Shown: piece by piece, positions 19,716 to 29,787 of the stretch
Layout: every line of letters starts with the position of its first letter
How positions within the stretch are numbered: the first letter of the stretch is position 1
From: Patescibacteria group bacterium
Lineage (GTDB): Bacteria > Patescibacteriota > UBA1384 > DATEAH01
NCBI GenBank assembly: GCA_035288465.1
Contig: DATEAH010000005.1
Coordinates: 131,636-195,635 of the forward strand
Reading direction: 5' to 3'
DNA length: 64,000 nucleotides
Translations under genes and position numbers: made by a program
The notes under the pieces: model-generated
Told to the model about the DNA's origin: nothing
Seen by the model: only the letters and a program-made list of their open reading frames with translations
Databases searched by the model: none

Positions 19716-21330
19716 TTAATTTCTTTTGTAATTTAATAATTTTTTTATCTTTTTGATAATACCAAATTAGAAAAACAGCCATTAATAAATACCAAGAAAA
19801 TAAAATTGGACTCGAAATTGTAATTTGTTCTAAAGAAGCGAAAGGAATTTTAGCAAAATTTGTGACGACTAAAATTATATATTTCAATACCAGCCAAGAA
19901 AACCAACCGACAACTTGACTAAAACTGATAAAGATAAAAGATGACATAACTGCCAAAAAACCCAAAAGCATCGCTAAGGGAATGATTGGTAAAATCAAAA
20001 CATTCACAATCGGCGCGACCACTGAAATCCTATGAAAATTAAATAAAATCAAAGGGGTAGTTAAAATTTGTGCAGATAATGTGGCTAACAGAGGTTCGGT
20101 AATAATTTTAGGAATTTTAGGATACAAACGCCAACGAGAAAAATAATTTTCTAAGATCGGGACAAACCAAATTAAACCTGCCACGGCCATAAATGAAAGT
20201 TGAAAACCTAAATCTGCCCGAATAATACGCGGATTTATTAAAACCATCAGCAGCGCGGTAATTATTAAGGCTAAACTAATATCAGATTTTCGTCCCAATC
20301 TTTCTGCCCAAATTATAAACATTGCCATCACCGCTGCCCTGACTACAGGTGGCTCAGCGCCAACCATAACCGTGAAAAGAAAAACACCAAGAACCGCGGT
20401 GATAATTGACAATTTTTTCGACCACCTTTTGGTTAAGGACATAAAAACTTTAATAATAATGGTAATATTAAAACCAGAAATTACCACAATATGGGTAGTA
20501 CCGGTTAAATTAAAAGCAGACATTAAATTTTCAGGAATTGAATTTTTCGCGCCGATGAGCAAGCCGGCTAAAAATGAGCTTTCCGGTTCCGGTAAAATTA
20601 AATTAATTTTTTGAGAAAAATTCTGTTTAGCTTTTGACAAAGCACTCAGTAAGGCTTGCCAGCTGGAGGCAACAAAATTTTGCTTAAGATCGACGGGTTT
20701 TTCAATTTCGGTAATCTTAGGATAAGACATTAGTGAATAAATTTCTGACTTGGCTAAGTATTGACCATAATCAAATTCCGAAGATGATTTTGGCTTTAAA
20801 ATTTCCCCGGAAATTTCTAACCACTGGCCCTGTTGATATTCTGGAAATCGCCTGAGCTTGATTAAAATTTTACCTTGAGCATTTTGAAAATCTTTTTGAT
20901 TTTCTGGATGAATTCGATATGTCAAAATAACAAATTGCTGCTGGTCTGATTTTATATCTGGGGTTTTGACAATTTGACCCTGAATCTGAACAGTTTGATT
21001 TTGCCAGCTCGAAAGCTGATCTGGATGGCGCATTTCATAAAAATGTGAATAAAAGATGCCAAACAAGAAAAATAAACCGGCAATGACCATAAGGCGAATT
21101 TGAAGATCTTTCCAAAATGAAATTAGCAAAATCAATAAAAAAATTAGAGCCAAGACCATAATCAAATTATTATAACCCAAAAAAGAGGCCGCAAAGATAC
21201 CAAATAGTAATGCCGCCGAAGAAATTAACAAATATCTTGATTTGCCAATTTTTTTCATTATTATTATCTTAACATATTTGACGAAACTTCGAATATTTAC
21301 TAAAATGAAAGAGAGATTAAAGGAGGGCAA
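19699..21330 (-). CDS. comEC: ComEC/Rec2 N-terminal membrane (DUF4131 + competence) domain protein
   Basis: 543 aa polytopic membrane protein with ComEC competence-domain architecture; overlaps the MBL ORF by 17 nt in a different frame. Confidence 0.7.
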   Translation of the reverse strand: MPSFNLSFILVNIRSFVKYVKIIIMKKIGKSRYLLISSAALLFGIFAASFLGYNNLIMVLALIFLLILLISFWKDLQIRLMVIAGLFFLFGIFYSHFYEMRHPDQLSSWQNQTVQIQGQIVKTPDIKSDQQQFVILTYRIHPENQKDFQNAQGKILIKLRRFPEYQQGQWLEISGEILKPKSSSEFDYGQYLAKSEIYSLMSYPKITEIEKPVDLKQNFVASSWQALLSALSKAKQNFSQKINLILPEPESSFLAGLLIGAKNSIPENLMSAFNLTGTTHIVVISGFNITIIIKVFMSLTKRWSKKLSIITAVLGVFLFTVMVGAEPPVVRAAVMAMFIIWAERLGRKSDISLALIITALLMVLINPRIIRADLGFQLSFMAVAGLIWFVPILENYFSRWRLYPKIPKIITEPLLATLSAQILTTPLILFNFHRISVVAPIVNVLILPIIPLAMLLGFLAVMSSFIFISFSQVVGWFSWLVLKYIILVVTNFAKIPFASLEQITISSPILFSWYLLMAVFLIWYYQKDKKIIKLQKKLNAKNI

Positions 21331-22023
21331 TTGGGACGAACGGTTAAAATAATAATCACGATTTTATTAATAGGGATTGTCGGTTTTGGCGGATATTATT
21401 TTTATATGCAAAGGCAGCAAAATACAACTCAGACTAACACGACCACTGATAACACCACCCCCCCTACAAACGATGGGAGCTCAACAACCAGTACTGAAAT
21501 TAAAACGATAATCACTGTCAATCCGCAAGATTATGACAACGCTCTTCAAAAAAATTTTGATACCGCTTCCCAAAAAGCTAGCCAATGGCAAAGTGATGCT
21601 AAATTTGTATATTTACAAATAGATTTGCCAAATAATTTAAATCCAGATAAAGCTAATGAAACTTATGTTTTTATCTCTGCAAAATCACCCTCAAATTATT
21701 GGACGATTGCTCAAAATTTAGCTGGAGAATATATTCGAGCAATTATTCCCAAAACTGATTTTTTAAAAAACGGAAGTCCTAAAGAAATTTTTACAAAATA
21801 TTGGAAAACTGATTGGATAACGGCTTTTCAAAAAGCCGATTTAGAATCTGGAAAAGCCTTTCGAGAAAAATATCCCAATGATCTGGAAATTTCTGCCAAT
21901 CTTACACATGGCGGCCCCAATGATTATTTGACTTGGATTATCAAGTACAATGCACCCAAAGCTGGCGAAAAACTTGAGGTTCAGGTTGATGCGGCGACTG
22001 GTGAAATTAATCAATCTTCATAA
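21331..22023 (+). CDS. secreted/membrane-anchored protein, unknown function
   Basis: N-terminal hydrophobic anchor then Thr/Asn-rich linker; start codon uncertain (AAGGAGGG SD is only 3 nt from the annotated TTG). Confidence 0.4.
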   Translation: MGRTVKIIITILLIGIVGFGGYYFYMQRQQNTTQTNTTTDNTTPPTNDGSSTTSTEIKTIITVNPQDYDNALQKNFDTASQKASQWQSDAKFVYLQIDLPNNLNPDKANETYVFISAKSPSNYWTIAQNLAGEYIRAIIPKTDFLKNGSPKEIFTKYWKTDWITAFQKADLESGKAFREKYPNDLEISANLTHGGPNDYLTWIIKYNAPKAGEKLEVQVDAATGEINQSS

Positions 22024-22089
22024 TATTTTTTACAAATTGACAATTATTCTAAATAGATTAAGATAAAAAGAGAAAGAAAGGAGCGGGAT

Positions 22090-22614
22090 TTGAACTCTCC
22101 CAGCTGGGATTTATTTATTATTATCTTTTTAGCAATTGCCACCGGCTATGGTTTTATTTTGCAAAAAGAAAAAGCCGCCGCGACTTTAATCAGCACTTAT
22201 ATCGCCTTAGCTGTCACCTCGGTTTGGGGCGAAGCGGTTTATAATATTTTATCCGGCAACACCATTTTATTTAATCAGGTTTGGTTTCAATCACATTTAA
22301 GCATCTTTACGGTTAAAGCGATTATGTTTGGTGCTTTTATTGTTTTGCTCTCCTTAAAAGGGGAGTATCTTAGTTCCAGAACCGGCACCGTCGGCTCAAC
22401 GATTCTTCTATTCCTATATAGTTTCTTAAATGCTGGCTTGATTGTGGCGACAATAATTTCATTTATGGATGAAGCGGCGAGAACTAACCTACTTTTGCAA
22501 TCCCAAGCCGCAGAAATGATTTTTAAATATCAAAATTATTGGATCGCGTTGCCGGCAATTATTTTAATTGTGGCTGGTTTTCGCAAAAAATCTAATTCCC
22601 AATCCGAACAATAA
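22090..22614 (+). CDS. integral membrane protein, unknown function
   Basis: 174 aa, 4-5 hydrophobic helices; TTG start after AAGGAGCGGGA. Confidence 0.45.
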   Translation: MNSPSWDLFIIIFLAIATGYGFILQKEKAAATLISTYIALAVTSVWGEAVYNILSGNTILFNQVWFQSHLSIFTVKAIMFGAFIVLLSLKGEYLSSRTGTVGSTILLFLYSFLNAGLIVATIISFMDEAARTNLLLQSQAAEMIFKYQNYWIALPAIILIVAGFRKKSNSQSEQ

Positions 22615-22678
22615 ATTGACTTTAGTCTCCAAATTTGGTATTATAATTTTGAATTTGGAGATTTTTTATTATTAACGA

Positions 22679-22750
22679 GGGCCCGTAGCTCAGTGGTAGA
22701 GCGACAGCCTTTTAAGCTGTGCGTCGCGGGTTCGATCCCCGCCGGGCCCT
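22679..22750 (+). tRNA. tRNA-Lys (anticodon TTT)
   Basis: acceptor GGGCCCG/CGGGCCC, D-arm GCTCAGTGGTAGAGC, anticodon loop CTTTTAA, T-arm GCGGGTTCGATCCCCGC. Confidence 0.9.
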
Positions 22751-22945
22751 TTTTCAAGAATAACCTCTTTTGAGGTTTTTCTGAAAAATGCTAGGTGTGG
22801 CGAGAACTCGCTGGCGATAAGCAATATATTAAACAAAATATCATTCAAAACAGAAATTTATGATCTATTTTTTTGATATTCGTGGATATTAAAATATGGC
22901 CACCCGAAGGTAGCCATATTTATTAAGAAGATTTTATCAAATCAT

Positions 22946-23272
22946 TTATTGTGTTTTGGGGGCAGCCGGAGCAGAACCGACTTTGCCATATTTCTTGACC
23001 ACCATAAAGTAGTAAAGTAAGTCGGCTAACCAAAGGAAACCCAATAATAATCCCAAAATCATCACAATTAACCAAGTGGTTTTTTCAGGAAAATCTCTTT
23101 TACTCAAATCAATTACCAGGATAATCCACCAGATAAAAAATAACAGACCTATTAAACCGGCGATGATCCAAAAAATTAACATTCCACCCAAAATAGTAGC
23201 ACCGGCAGCGGCCGCGGCAGCATCAGTAGCTTCAGTAGAAGTGTCTGTCAACTGCGCTAATAATGAAAACAT
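22946..23272 (-). CDS. small membrane protein (possibly PLD-nuclease N-terminal-like 2-TM domain)
   Basis: 108 aa; Ala-rich N-term, two TM helices with W/Y-rich pattern. Confidence 0.4.
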   Translation of the reverse strand: MFSLLAQLTDTSTEATDAAAAAAGATILGGMLIFWIIAGLIGLLFFIWWIILVIDLSKRDFPEKTTWLIVMILGLLLGFLWLADLLYYFMVVKKYGKVGSAPAAPKTQ

Positions 23273-23409
23273 TGCCCTCCTTAATTTAACACCTAAAATT
23301 CAAAGCTCTGAATTGGTGTTGATTATTAATTAACTATATTTTTACTTTATCAAACTCTTTTGAGTTGTCAACCCGCCTCGCCTCATCGGCGAGCCGAGGC
23401 CTGGTCCGT

Positions 23410-25197
23410 CTATTTTAGAAATTTCCAAAAAACATCTTTGTCTAATTTTATATTTGCCGCCATTTTCATTCTTTTCTTGCCAGCTTTTTGTTTTTCTAAA
23501 AGTTTTCTTTTGCGGGTATAATCCCCGCCATACAATTTGGCAATCACATCTTTGCGGAGTGGGGGAATGTTTTCCCTGGCAATAACCTTAGCACCGGTGA
23601 CTGCTTGAATTGAAACTTCAAATAACTGTCTGGGAATAATTTTTTTAAGCTTGGCAACTTGAGCTCGGCTTAATCGGAATAAATCGTCTTGATAGACAAT
23701 TTGGGAAAAAGCAGGGAATTTTTGTCCGGAGATTAAAAAATCTAATTTAACCAAATTGGCTGGTTGATATCGCAAAAAACGCCAATTATATGAACCTAAA
23801 CCCGAAGTTAAGGTTTTTAATTGATCGTAAAAACCCCAAATCAAGTTTGATAAGGGAATCTCATAGGTTAATAAACTTCGGTCCTCGGCTAAATTTTGAG
23901 AGGTTAAAAATTTAGCTCGTTGTAATTTTAACAATTCAGCCACCGGTCCCAAATATTGGTTTGGGACCAAGAGGGTAATCTCCATAATTGGTTCTGAGAT
24001 TTCTAAAATTTGCGAACGGTCTGGAAATTGATCTGGATTGTTAACTTTAAGGATTTCTTTTTGGGTTGTCAAAACGTTGTACGACACGGAAGGCGTGGTA
24101 AAGACAATCCCTAAGTGATATTCTCTTTCTATTCTTAACTTCACTATTTCTAAATGCAGCATGCCTAAAAAACCACCACGAAATCCAGAGCCAAACAGGG
24201 AAGAGTGCTCAGGCTGAAATTGCAAAGAACTGTCATTTAATTTTAATTGCGAGAGGGCATTTTTTAATTTTTCTGACTCCCCTTTTTCAGAAAATAATGA
24301 AACAAAAATATTTGGTCGGGGCTCTAAATAGCCTGGTAATTTTTTAAAATTTTTCGGGATAGGGGAGAGGGCAATCGTATCGCCCACTTGACAATTTTCA
24401 GTTTTTTTAATATTAGTGGCAAGATAACCGATTTCGCCGGCTGATAATTTTCCTTTTTCTAAATAATCCGGGGCAAAGACCCCCACTGAGCCGACTTTAG
24501 TTTCAGTGTCCGTAGCTAAAAATTTAATATTTTGATTGGTGGAAATTTCACCTGCAAAAACCCTCACATAAGCAATTGCGCCTTGATATGGATTATAAAT
24601 TGAATCAAAAATTAAGGCCTTGAAATCTGAACTGCAATCAATTTTTGGAGCGGGAATATTGGTAATTATTTTATTTAATAACTCCCCTACTCCTAGGCCG
24701 GTTTTGGCGGAAATTTTTAAAATTTCTTTAGTTTCGACATTTAATAATTTAGCTAATTCAGCTTGTCTCTTGTCAGTTTCGGCTTGAGGTAAATCTATTT
24801 TGTTAATAACTGGGATAATTTCAAGCTTTAGTTTCTGGGCTTGTTCGAGAACGGCTAAAGTTTGGGCTTGGATGCCTTTGACGGCGTCGACTAACAAAAC
24901 TGCACCTTCAACGGCAGCCAAGCTGCGAGAAACTTCATAAGAAAAATCAACATGTCCCGGGGTATCAATTAAATTTAAAGTATACGGCTCGGAATTATAA
25001 AGATATTGCATTCGGACCGGCGCTAATTTAATCGTAATCTGTTTTTCTTTCTCAAGTTCTAAACTATCTAAATATTGAGGATGCATCCGATTTTCGGGAA
25101 TGGTTTTAGTAATTTCTAAAAAACGATCCGCGAGCGTGGATTTGCCATGATCGATATGCGCAATAATCACAAAATTTCGAATCTTATTTTGATCCAT
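23410..25197 (-). CDS. lepA: elongation factor 4 (LepA)
   Basis: 595 aa; AHIDHGKSTLADR G1 motif, DTPGHVDF, LepA C-terminal domain. Confidence 0.9.
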   Translation of the reverse strand: MDQNKIRNFVIIAHIDHGKSTLADRFLEITKTIPENRMHPQYLDSLELEKEKQITIKLAPVRMQYLYNSEPYTLNLIDTPGHVDFSYEVSRSLAAVEGAVLLVDAVKGIQAQTLAVLEQAQKLKLEIIPVINKIDLPQAETDKRQAELAKLLNVETKEILKISAKTGLGVGELLNKIITNIPAPKIDCSSDFKALIFDSIYNPYQGAIAYVRVFAGEISTNQNIKFLATDTETKVGSVGVFAPDYLEKGKLSAGEIGYLATNIKKTENCQVGDTIALSPIPKNFKKLPGYLEPRPNIFVSLFSEKGESEKLKNALSQLKLNDSSLQFQPEHSSLFGSGFRGGFLGMLHLEIVKLRIEREYHLGIVFTTPSVSYNVLTTQKEILKVNNPDQFPDRSQILEISEPIMEITLLVPNQYLGPVAELLKLQRAKFLTSQNLAEDRSLLTYEIPLSNLIWGFYDQLKTLTSGLGSYNWRFLRYQPANLVKLDFLISGQKFPAFSQIVYQDDLFRLSRAQVAKLKKIIPRQLFEVSIQAVTGAKVIARENIPPLRKDVIAKLYGGDYTRKRKLLEKQKAGKKRMKMAANIKLDKDVFWKFLK

Positions 25198-25223
25198 ATT
25201 CCAATCAATTTTCTAATTAATAA

Positions 25224-25385
25224 TTATGGGGTCATTTCGGCATTATCTTCTTTGGGAGTAAAACAATTGGCAATACAATCTTCAGAACTGCGATCATTTT
25301 CGATTAATTTGTCTTCCGAAGCCATACAATAACCCATCAAATCGTCTTTGAATTTAAAATTTTGGCAATCTTGGCATGTAGGCAT
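25224..25385 (-). CDS. possible small Cys-rich protein (53 aa) not in the ORF track
   Basis: ATG preceded by AAAGGAG at 6-nt spacing; MPTCQDCQNF...C...C...C, 5 Cys including CxxC; plausible small zinc-ribbon-like protein but unverified. Confidence 0.3.
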   Translation of the reverse strand: MPTCQDCQNFKFKDDLMGYCMASEDKLIENDRSSEDCIANCFTPKEDNAEMTP

Positions 25386-25411
25386 AAACGCTCCTTTATA
25401 TTATATGCGTA

Positions 25412-27085
25412 TTATTCTTGTTGGGATTGTTTAGCACCAACAGTCTGGTCAACGGCAATATCATCGGGCGGGGTAACTCTTTTTTTAAAAACCTCTAAAA
25501 ATGCGGAAAATTCCTCACATTTTAACAAATAGGTAATTAATAAATAAAACCCAAAACTAATTACAATCGTAGCTGTGGTTTTTAATAATACTCCCTGGAA
25601 AGTCTGCATGTTAACTTGCCAACCAATGTAATATTTTATCAGCTGAGCCACAAAGCCTAAAACTACGCTCGCAAAAAGATATTTAAAAACCGTTTTCGCA
25701 AAATCAAAACCATCCGCGTATTTTAATTTTATCCTCAATAAAATCGCCAAAACTACCACGTTAAAAATTGAACCTAAACTTACGGCTAAAGCTAAACCAA
25801 CCGCTTTTAAGGGAAAGTCTAAGCTCAGATTTGCAAATGATAAATGCCCAAGATTAATTCGGCTTAAAACAAAGCTTAAAATAATGGTGACGATTGCAGA
25901 AATTATCCCCGCAATTGCCGGGGTCCGAGTGTCTTCATAAGCATAAAAGGCTCGAGCCAATAACTGCACTAAGCTAGCCGCCCAAATCCCAATCGCGAAG
26001 GCGCCCAAAGAGTTTGCAGTTGCCACTGTGGCCGACCAGCTAAAATGACCAGTTCCTAAGGTTAGTCTGACGATTTCTGATCTTAACAAAAAGAGCAATA
26101 CCGAACAAGGAATAATAAAATATAAAATTTGCTTTGCGGCTAAATTTAAAGATTCCAAAAATTTCTTCTTATCGCCATCGGCGGCAAAATCGGCTAAAAA
26201 GGGAAAGACGGCGATTGCAAAAGAAGCGCCAAAAACCACCGAGAAAAAGGTTTGAATATCATTGGCAAAATTGAAATAGGTGACATTCCCCTTCCAGGTT
26301 GAGGCTAAAAACGTCACCACAATTAAAATTAACTGGTTGGCACCCAAACCGATCATACGAGGCACCATTAATTTGCCAATTCGCCGAACTGATTTATGGC
26401 GAAAATCCGCCACCGGTTGCCAATGAAAACCTAATTTTACTACCGTGGGAATTTGAATTACCATATGCAAAAATGCACCACCTACGACTCCAAACACTAC
26501 CCCCATGACGCCATAGTGATCCGCTAACAATAAAGTAGCTATAATAATTGATAAATTATAAATTAATGGTGATAAACTGTAAACAATGAATCTTTTAAAG
26601 GAATTTAGGATGCCACCCATAATATAACTGATACCGAAAAATAAAGGTGTCAGCAATAACCAACGTGAAAGCTGGGTAGTTTGTAATTGCTGAGATTCGT
26701 TAAAACCTGGAACCAATAAAGGAGTAATATGAGGCATAAAAATTGCTAAAATAATTGGCACAATTGTTAAAACAATGATAGCGATATTTATCACCGAACT
26801 GGCAACATGCCACGCGGTTTGATAATCTTTACGACGCAAATAATTTACAAAGACCGGAATAAAGGCTGAAGAAATCGCCCCTAAAATTAGCAAATTAAAA
26901 ATTAAATCTGGGATTCGAAAGGCTGCTAAATAAGTATCCAAATTGGCTGGAGTAATTTTTTGGGCTAAAAAACGATTTCTAAAAAGTCCTAAAATATTAG
27001 AGCTCACCAGCGTTGCCATTAATATTAAGCTCGCGCCCTTAATCGAATTTTTTCTCATAAAAAGAGTACGAAAAAATCTAATCAC
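25412..27085 (-). CDS. murJ: lipid II flippase MurJ/MviN
   Basis: 557 aa, ~14 TM helices, MurJ-like N-terminal region. Confidence 0.8.
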   Translation of the reverse strand: MIRFFRTLFMRKNSIKGASLILMATLVSSNILGLFRNRFLAQKITPANLDTYLAAFRIPDLIFNLLILGAISSAFIPVFVNYLRRKDYQTAWHVASSVINIAIIVLTIVPIILAIFMPHITPLLVPGFNESQQLQTTQLSRWLLLTPLFFGISYIMGGILNSFKRFIVYSLSPLIYNLSIIIATLLLADHYGVMGVVFGVVGGAFLHMVIQIPTVVKLGFHWQPVADFRHKSVRRIGKLMVPRMIGLGANQLILIVVTFLASTWKGNVTYFNFANDIQTFFSVVFGASFAIAVFPFLADFAADGDKKKFLESLNLAAKQILYFIIPCSVLLFLLRSEIVRLTLGTGHFSWSATVATANSLGAFAIGIWAASLVQLLARAFYAYEDTRTPAIAGIISAIVTIILSFVLSRINLGHLSFANLSLDFPLKAVGLALAVSLGSIFNVVVLAILLRIKLKYADGFDFAKTVFKYLFASVVLGFVAQLIKYYIGWQVNMQTFQGVLLKTTATIVISFGFYLLITYLLKCEEFSAFLEVFKKRVTPPDDIAVDQTVGAKQSQQE

Positions 27086-27128
27086 AACTTTATAATTCCT
27101 TATTATTGCTTATTTTGGCAAATTAGTT

Positions 27129-28949
27129 TTATTTTTTTGCTAATGATTTTGGAAAAAATTTATTAAATTCGTCAGCATACATAGTTTCTTTCTCGAGTAA
27201 TGTTTTAGCGATTTTTTCCCAAACCGATCGGTACTTCAACAAAACTGCATTGGATTTTTTCTCTGCAATCCGGATAATTTTTGCTACTTCATCGTCTATT
27301 TCCGCGGCAACTTTTTCAGAATATGTTTTTTGTTCGGCTAATTCCTTGCCCAAAAAAGTCATTTCTTCTCTTTCGCCAAAAGTCTCGGGACCTAGTTTTT
27401 CACTCATCCCAAAATCAGTCACCATTTTTCGAGCGAGCTTGGTTACCCGACGTAAATCATTTTCAGCACCAGTTGTGATTTCGTGAAATTTAATCTTTTC
27501 TGCAATCCGACCTGCCAAAAATGAAGCAATATCGTCTTCAAACTTACTCTTAGAGTACAAATGTGAATCTTCAGAGGGTAAATTCCAAGTATAGCCCAAG
27601 GCCATACCACGGGAAATAATAGATATTTTATGAACCGGGTCACAATCTGGCAAAACATGAGCAACAACCGCATGACCTGCTTCGTGAAAAGCAGTGATTT
27701 CTTTTTCTTTTTTAGACAAAACTCTGGATTTTCTTTCCGGTCCAAGCATCACTTTTTCAATCGCATCTTCTAAATCATGCATTTCTAATTTTTTCTGATT
27801 GCGGCGAGCCGCTAATATTGCGGCTTCATTGGCTAAATTCTTCAAATCCGCACCAGAAAATCCAATTGAGCTTCGAGCAATTTTTTCTAAATGAATGTTG
27901 CCAGCTAAAGGCTTATTCTTAACATAAATGTTTAAAATGTCCAAACGTTCCTTAAAGTCAGGCAAATCTAATACTATTCGGCGATCAAATCTACCTGGTC
28001 GCAATAAAGCGGGATCTAAAACATCGGGTCGGTTGGTAGCAGCCATAATAATGACATTAGTATCGGTTTCAAAACCATCCATTTCGACTAAAATTTGGTT
28101 TAAGGTCTGTTCCCTTTCATCATGACTGCCGCCTAAACCTGCGCCCCTAAGACGACCGATCGCATCTAATTCATCAATAAAAATAATCGCTGGTGCATTA
28201 CGCTTAGCTTTGTCGAACATATCACGTACCCGAGCCGCACCCACACCAACAAACATTTCCACAAATTCAGAGGCAGATATTGAAAAAAATGGCACTTGAG
28301 CTTCACCAGCCACAGCTCGGGCCAATAAAGTCTTACCAGTGCCAGGAGGCCCAACCAACAAAACGCCTTTGGGAATTTCGGCGCCCAGTTTTTTAAATTT
28401 TTGTGGACTTTTTAAAAATTCAACGATTTCCCAAAGCTCTTGTTTCGGCTCCAATAAACCCGCGATATCGGAAAATTTAACTCGGGATTGGCCAATTCCT
28501 AAAAGTCTGGCTCGAGATTGACCAAAAGACATCGCCCGATTATTTCCGGCTTGTGCTGATCTGAGCATAAAATAAATAAAACCGGCGATTAATAATACCG
28601 GTAAAACTCCAGATAAAACCGCGATCCAAATACTATTTGAGGAGGTGCTTTTGATATCAAGCTGGACGGCATCAAGATTAATATTGGCATCTTTGAGAAT
28701 TTGGACAAAAGAAGATTGTTGTTCAATCGCCGATTTCTGCAAATTGCCATTTTTTAAAACAATTTGTAAATTTTGACCATTAACCGTGATTTTGTTAACT
28801 TCTTTCTTTTTTACTTCATCAATGACTTGATTTAAAGGCACGGTTTGCTGATTTGTATTTTTCACAAAAAATAAATTATAAATTACATATAACGAGAGCA
28901 ATAAAACGACAAAATATAAAATAGTTCTACCCGAACAATATTTTTGCAT
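27129..28949 (-). CDS. ftsH: ATP-dependent zinc metalloprotease FtsH
   Basis: N-terminal TM + periplasmic domain, [18 protein letters not shown] Walker A, HEAGHAVV zinc motif. Confidence 0.9.
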   Translation of the reverse strand: MQKYCSGRTILYFVVLLLSLYVIYNLFFVKNTNQQTVPLNQVIDEVKKKEVNKITVNGQNLQIVLKNGNLQKSAIEQQSSFVQILKDANINLDAVQLDIKSTSSNSIWIAVLSGVLPVLLIAGFIYFMLRSAQAGNNRAMSFGQSRARLLGIGQSRVKFSDIAGLLEPKQELWEIVEFLKSPQKFKKLGAEIPKGVLLVGPPGTGKTLLARAVAGEAQVPFFSISASEFVEMFVGVGAARVRDMFDKAKRNAPAIIFIDELDAIGRLRGAGLGGSHDEREQTLNQILVEMDGFETDTNVIIMAATNRPDVLDPALLRPGRFDRRIVLDLPDFKERLDILNIYVKNKPLAGNIHLEKIARSSIGFSGADLKNLANEAAILAARRNQKKLEMHDLEDAIEKVMLGPERKSRVLSKKEKEITAFHEAGHAVVAHVLPDCDPVHKISIISRGMALGYTWNLPSEDSHLYSKSKFEDDIASFLAGRIAEKIKFHEITTGAENDLRRVTKLARKMVTDFGMSEKLGPETFGEREEMTFLGKELAEQKTYSEKVAAEIDDEVAKIIRIAEKKSNAVLLKYRSVWEKIAKTLLEKETMYADEFNKFFPKSLAKK

Positions 28950-28996
28950 TATAAATCTCCTCTAAGTTTAATTATTGGCTTTCGGCTCGAAATTTG

Positions 28997-29068
28997 TGGC
29001 TGGGGTGGGGCTCGAACCCACAACCTACAGCTTATGAGTCTGTTGCTCTACCATTGAGCTACCCAGCC
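28997..29068 (-). tRNA. tRNA-Met/Ile2 (anticodon CAT), elongator-type
   Basis: GGCTGGG...CCCAGCC acceptor, D-arm GCTCAATGGTAGAGC, loop CTCATAA, T-arm GTGGGTTCGAGCCCCAC. Confidence 0.8.
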
Positions 29069-29194
29069 ATGTCGCGACAACCTCCACATTGTTCGCTCTG
29101 ATGTGCAAATAATACATCATAGCTCATTAGCTATAGTGTCGTTCCTTTCCAAAAATCAAAGATTTTTGGTTTTTTCAGATTTCGAATTTGTATA

Positions 29195-29265
29195 TAGCGG
29201 GGCCTGGATTTGCACCAGGGTCTACTGCTTATGAGACAGTCGAGGTACTACTCCTCCACCCCGCA
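29195..29265 (-). tRNA. tRNA-Met (anticodon CAT), initiator-like
   Basis: 5' ...GCGGGGTGGAG resembles bacterial tRNA-fMet; position 1-72 mismatch; T-loop TGCAAATCC; anticodon loop CTCATAA. Confidence 0.7.
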
Positions 29266-29283
29266 GCGCTAATAATTTATAAA

Positions 29284-29679
29284 TTATTTAAAAACAAACT
29301 GCCACCAACGAATCAGGTTTGAGCGATTATTTTGTGTTTGGTTATTAGCAATTTCAGTCTTTTCTTCAGTCACAGGTTGGTTGTTGCTTGCCGAAACAAT
29401 AAAAACTTTTTCGCCCGGTTTTTGATAGCCAAGCTTTAAACGAGCTTGTTGTTCTTTGTAGGTACTACTTTGATAATATTCAATTTGCTTTTGTAATTCC
29501 TGATTATGATCTCGGAGCTGCTGCATTTCATTATCTAAATTAGTAACTTCAAGATTAATATTATAGTTTTGCCAAACTGCTTTTCCCAGCAAAAAAAGAA
29601 TATAAGCAATAATCAAAAAAAATGGTACCAAACGTAGTTTTGGGATGAATTTTTTAAAAGCTTTTCTATTGTTTGACAA
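29284..29679 (-). CDS. FtsB/DivIC-like septum formation initiator (TM + coiled coil)
   Basis: 131 aa; N-terminal TM helix, coiled-coil LEVTNLDNEMQQLRDHNQELQKQIEYYQ. Confidence 0.45.
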   Translation of the reverse strand: MSNNRKAFKKFIPKLRLVPFFLIIAYILFLLGKAVWQNYNINLEVTNLDNEMQQLRDHNQELQKQIEYYQSSTYKEQQARLKLGYQKPGEKVFIVSASNNQPVTEEKTEIANNQTQNNRSNLIRWWQFVFK

Positions 29680-29787
29680 ATTCCCCTCGCTCTCTTAAAA
29701 ATACCATGATTTCAATTTAAAATCAAGCCCAAAATTGGTTTGGAAATTATAATTTACCAAAATATTTAATTTGCAATGAAGAAATAA

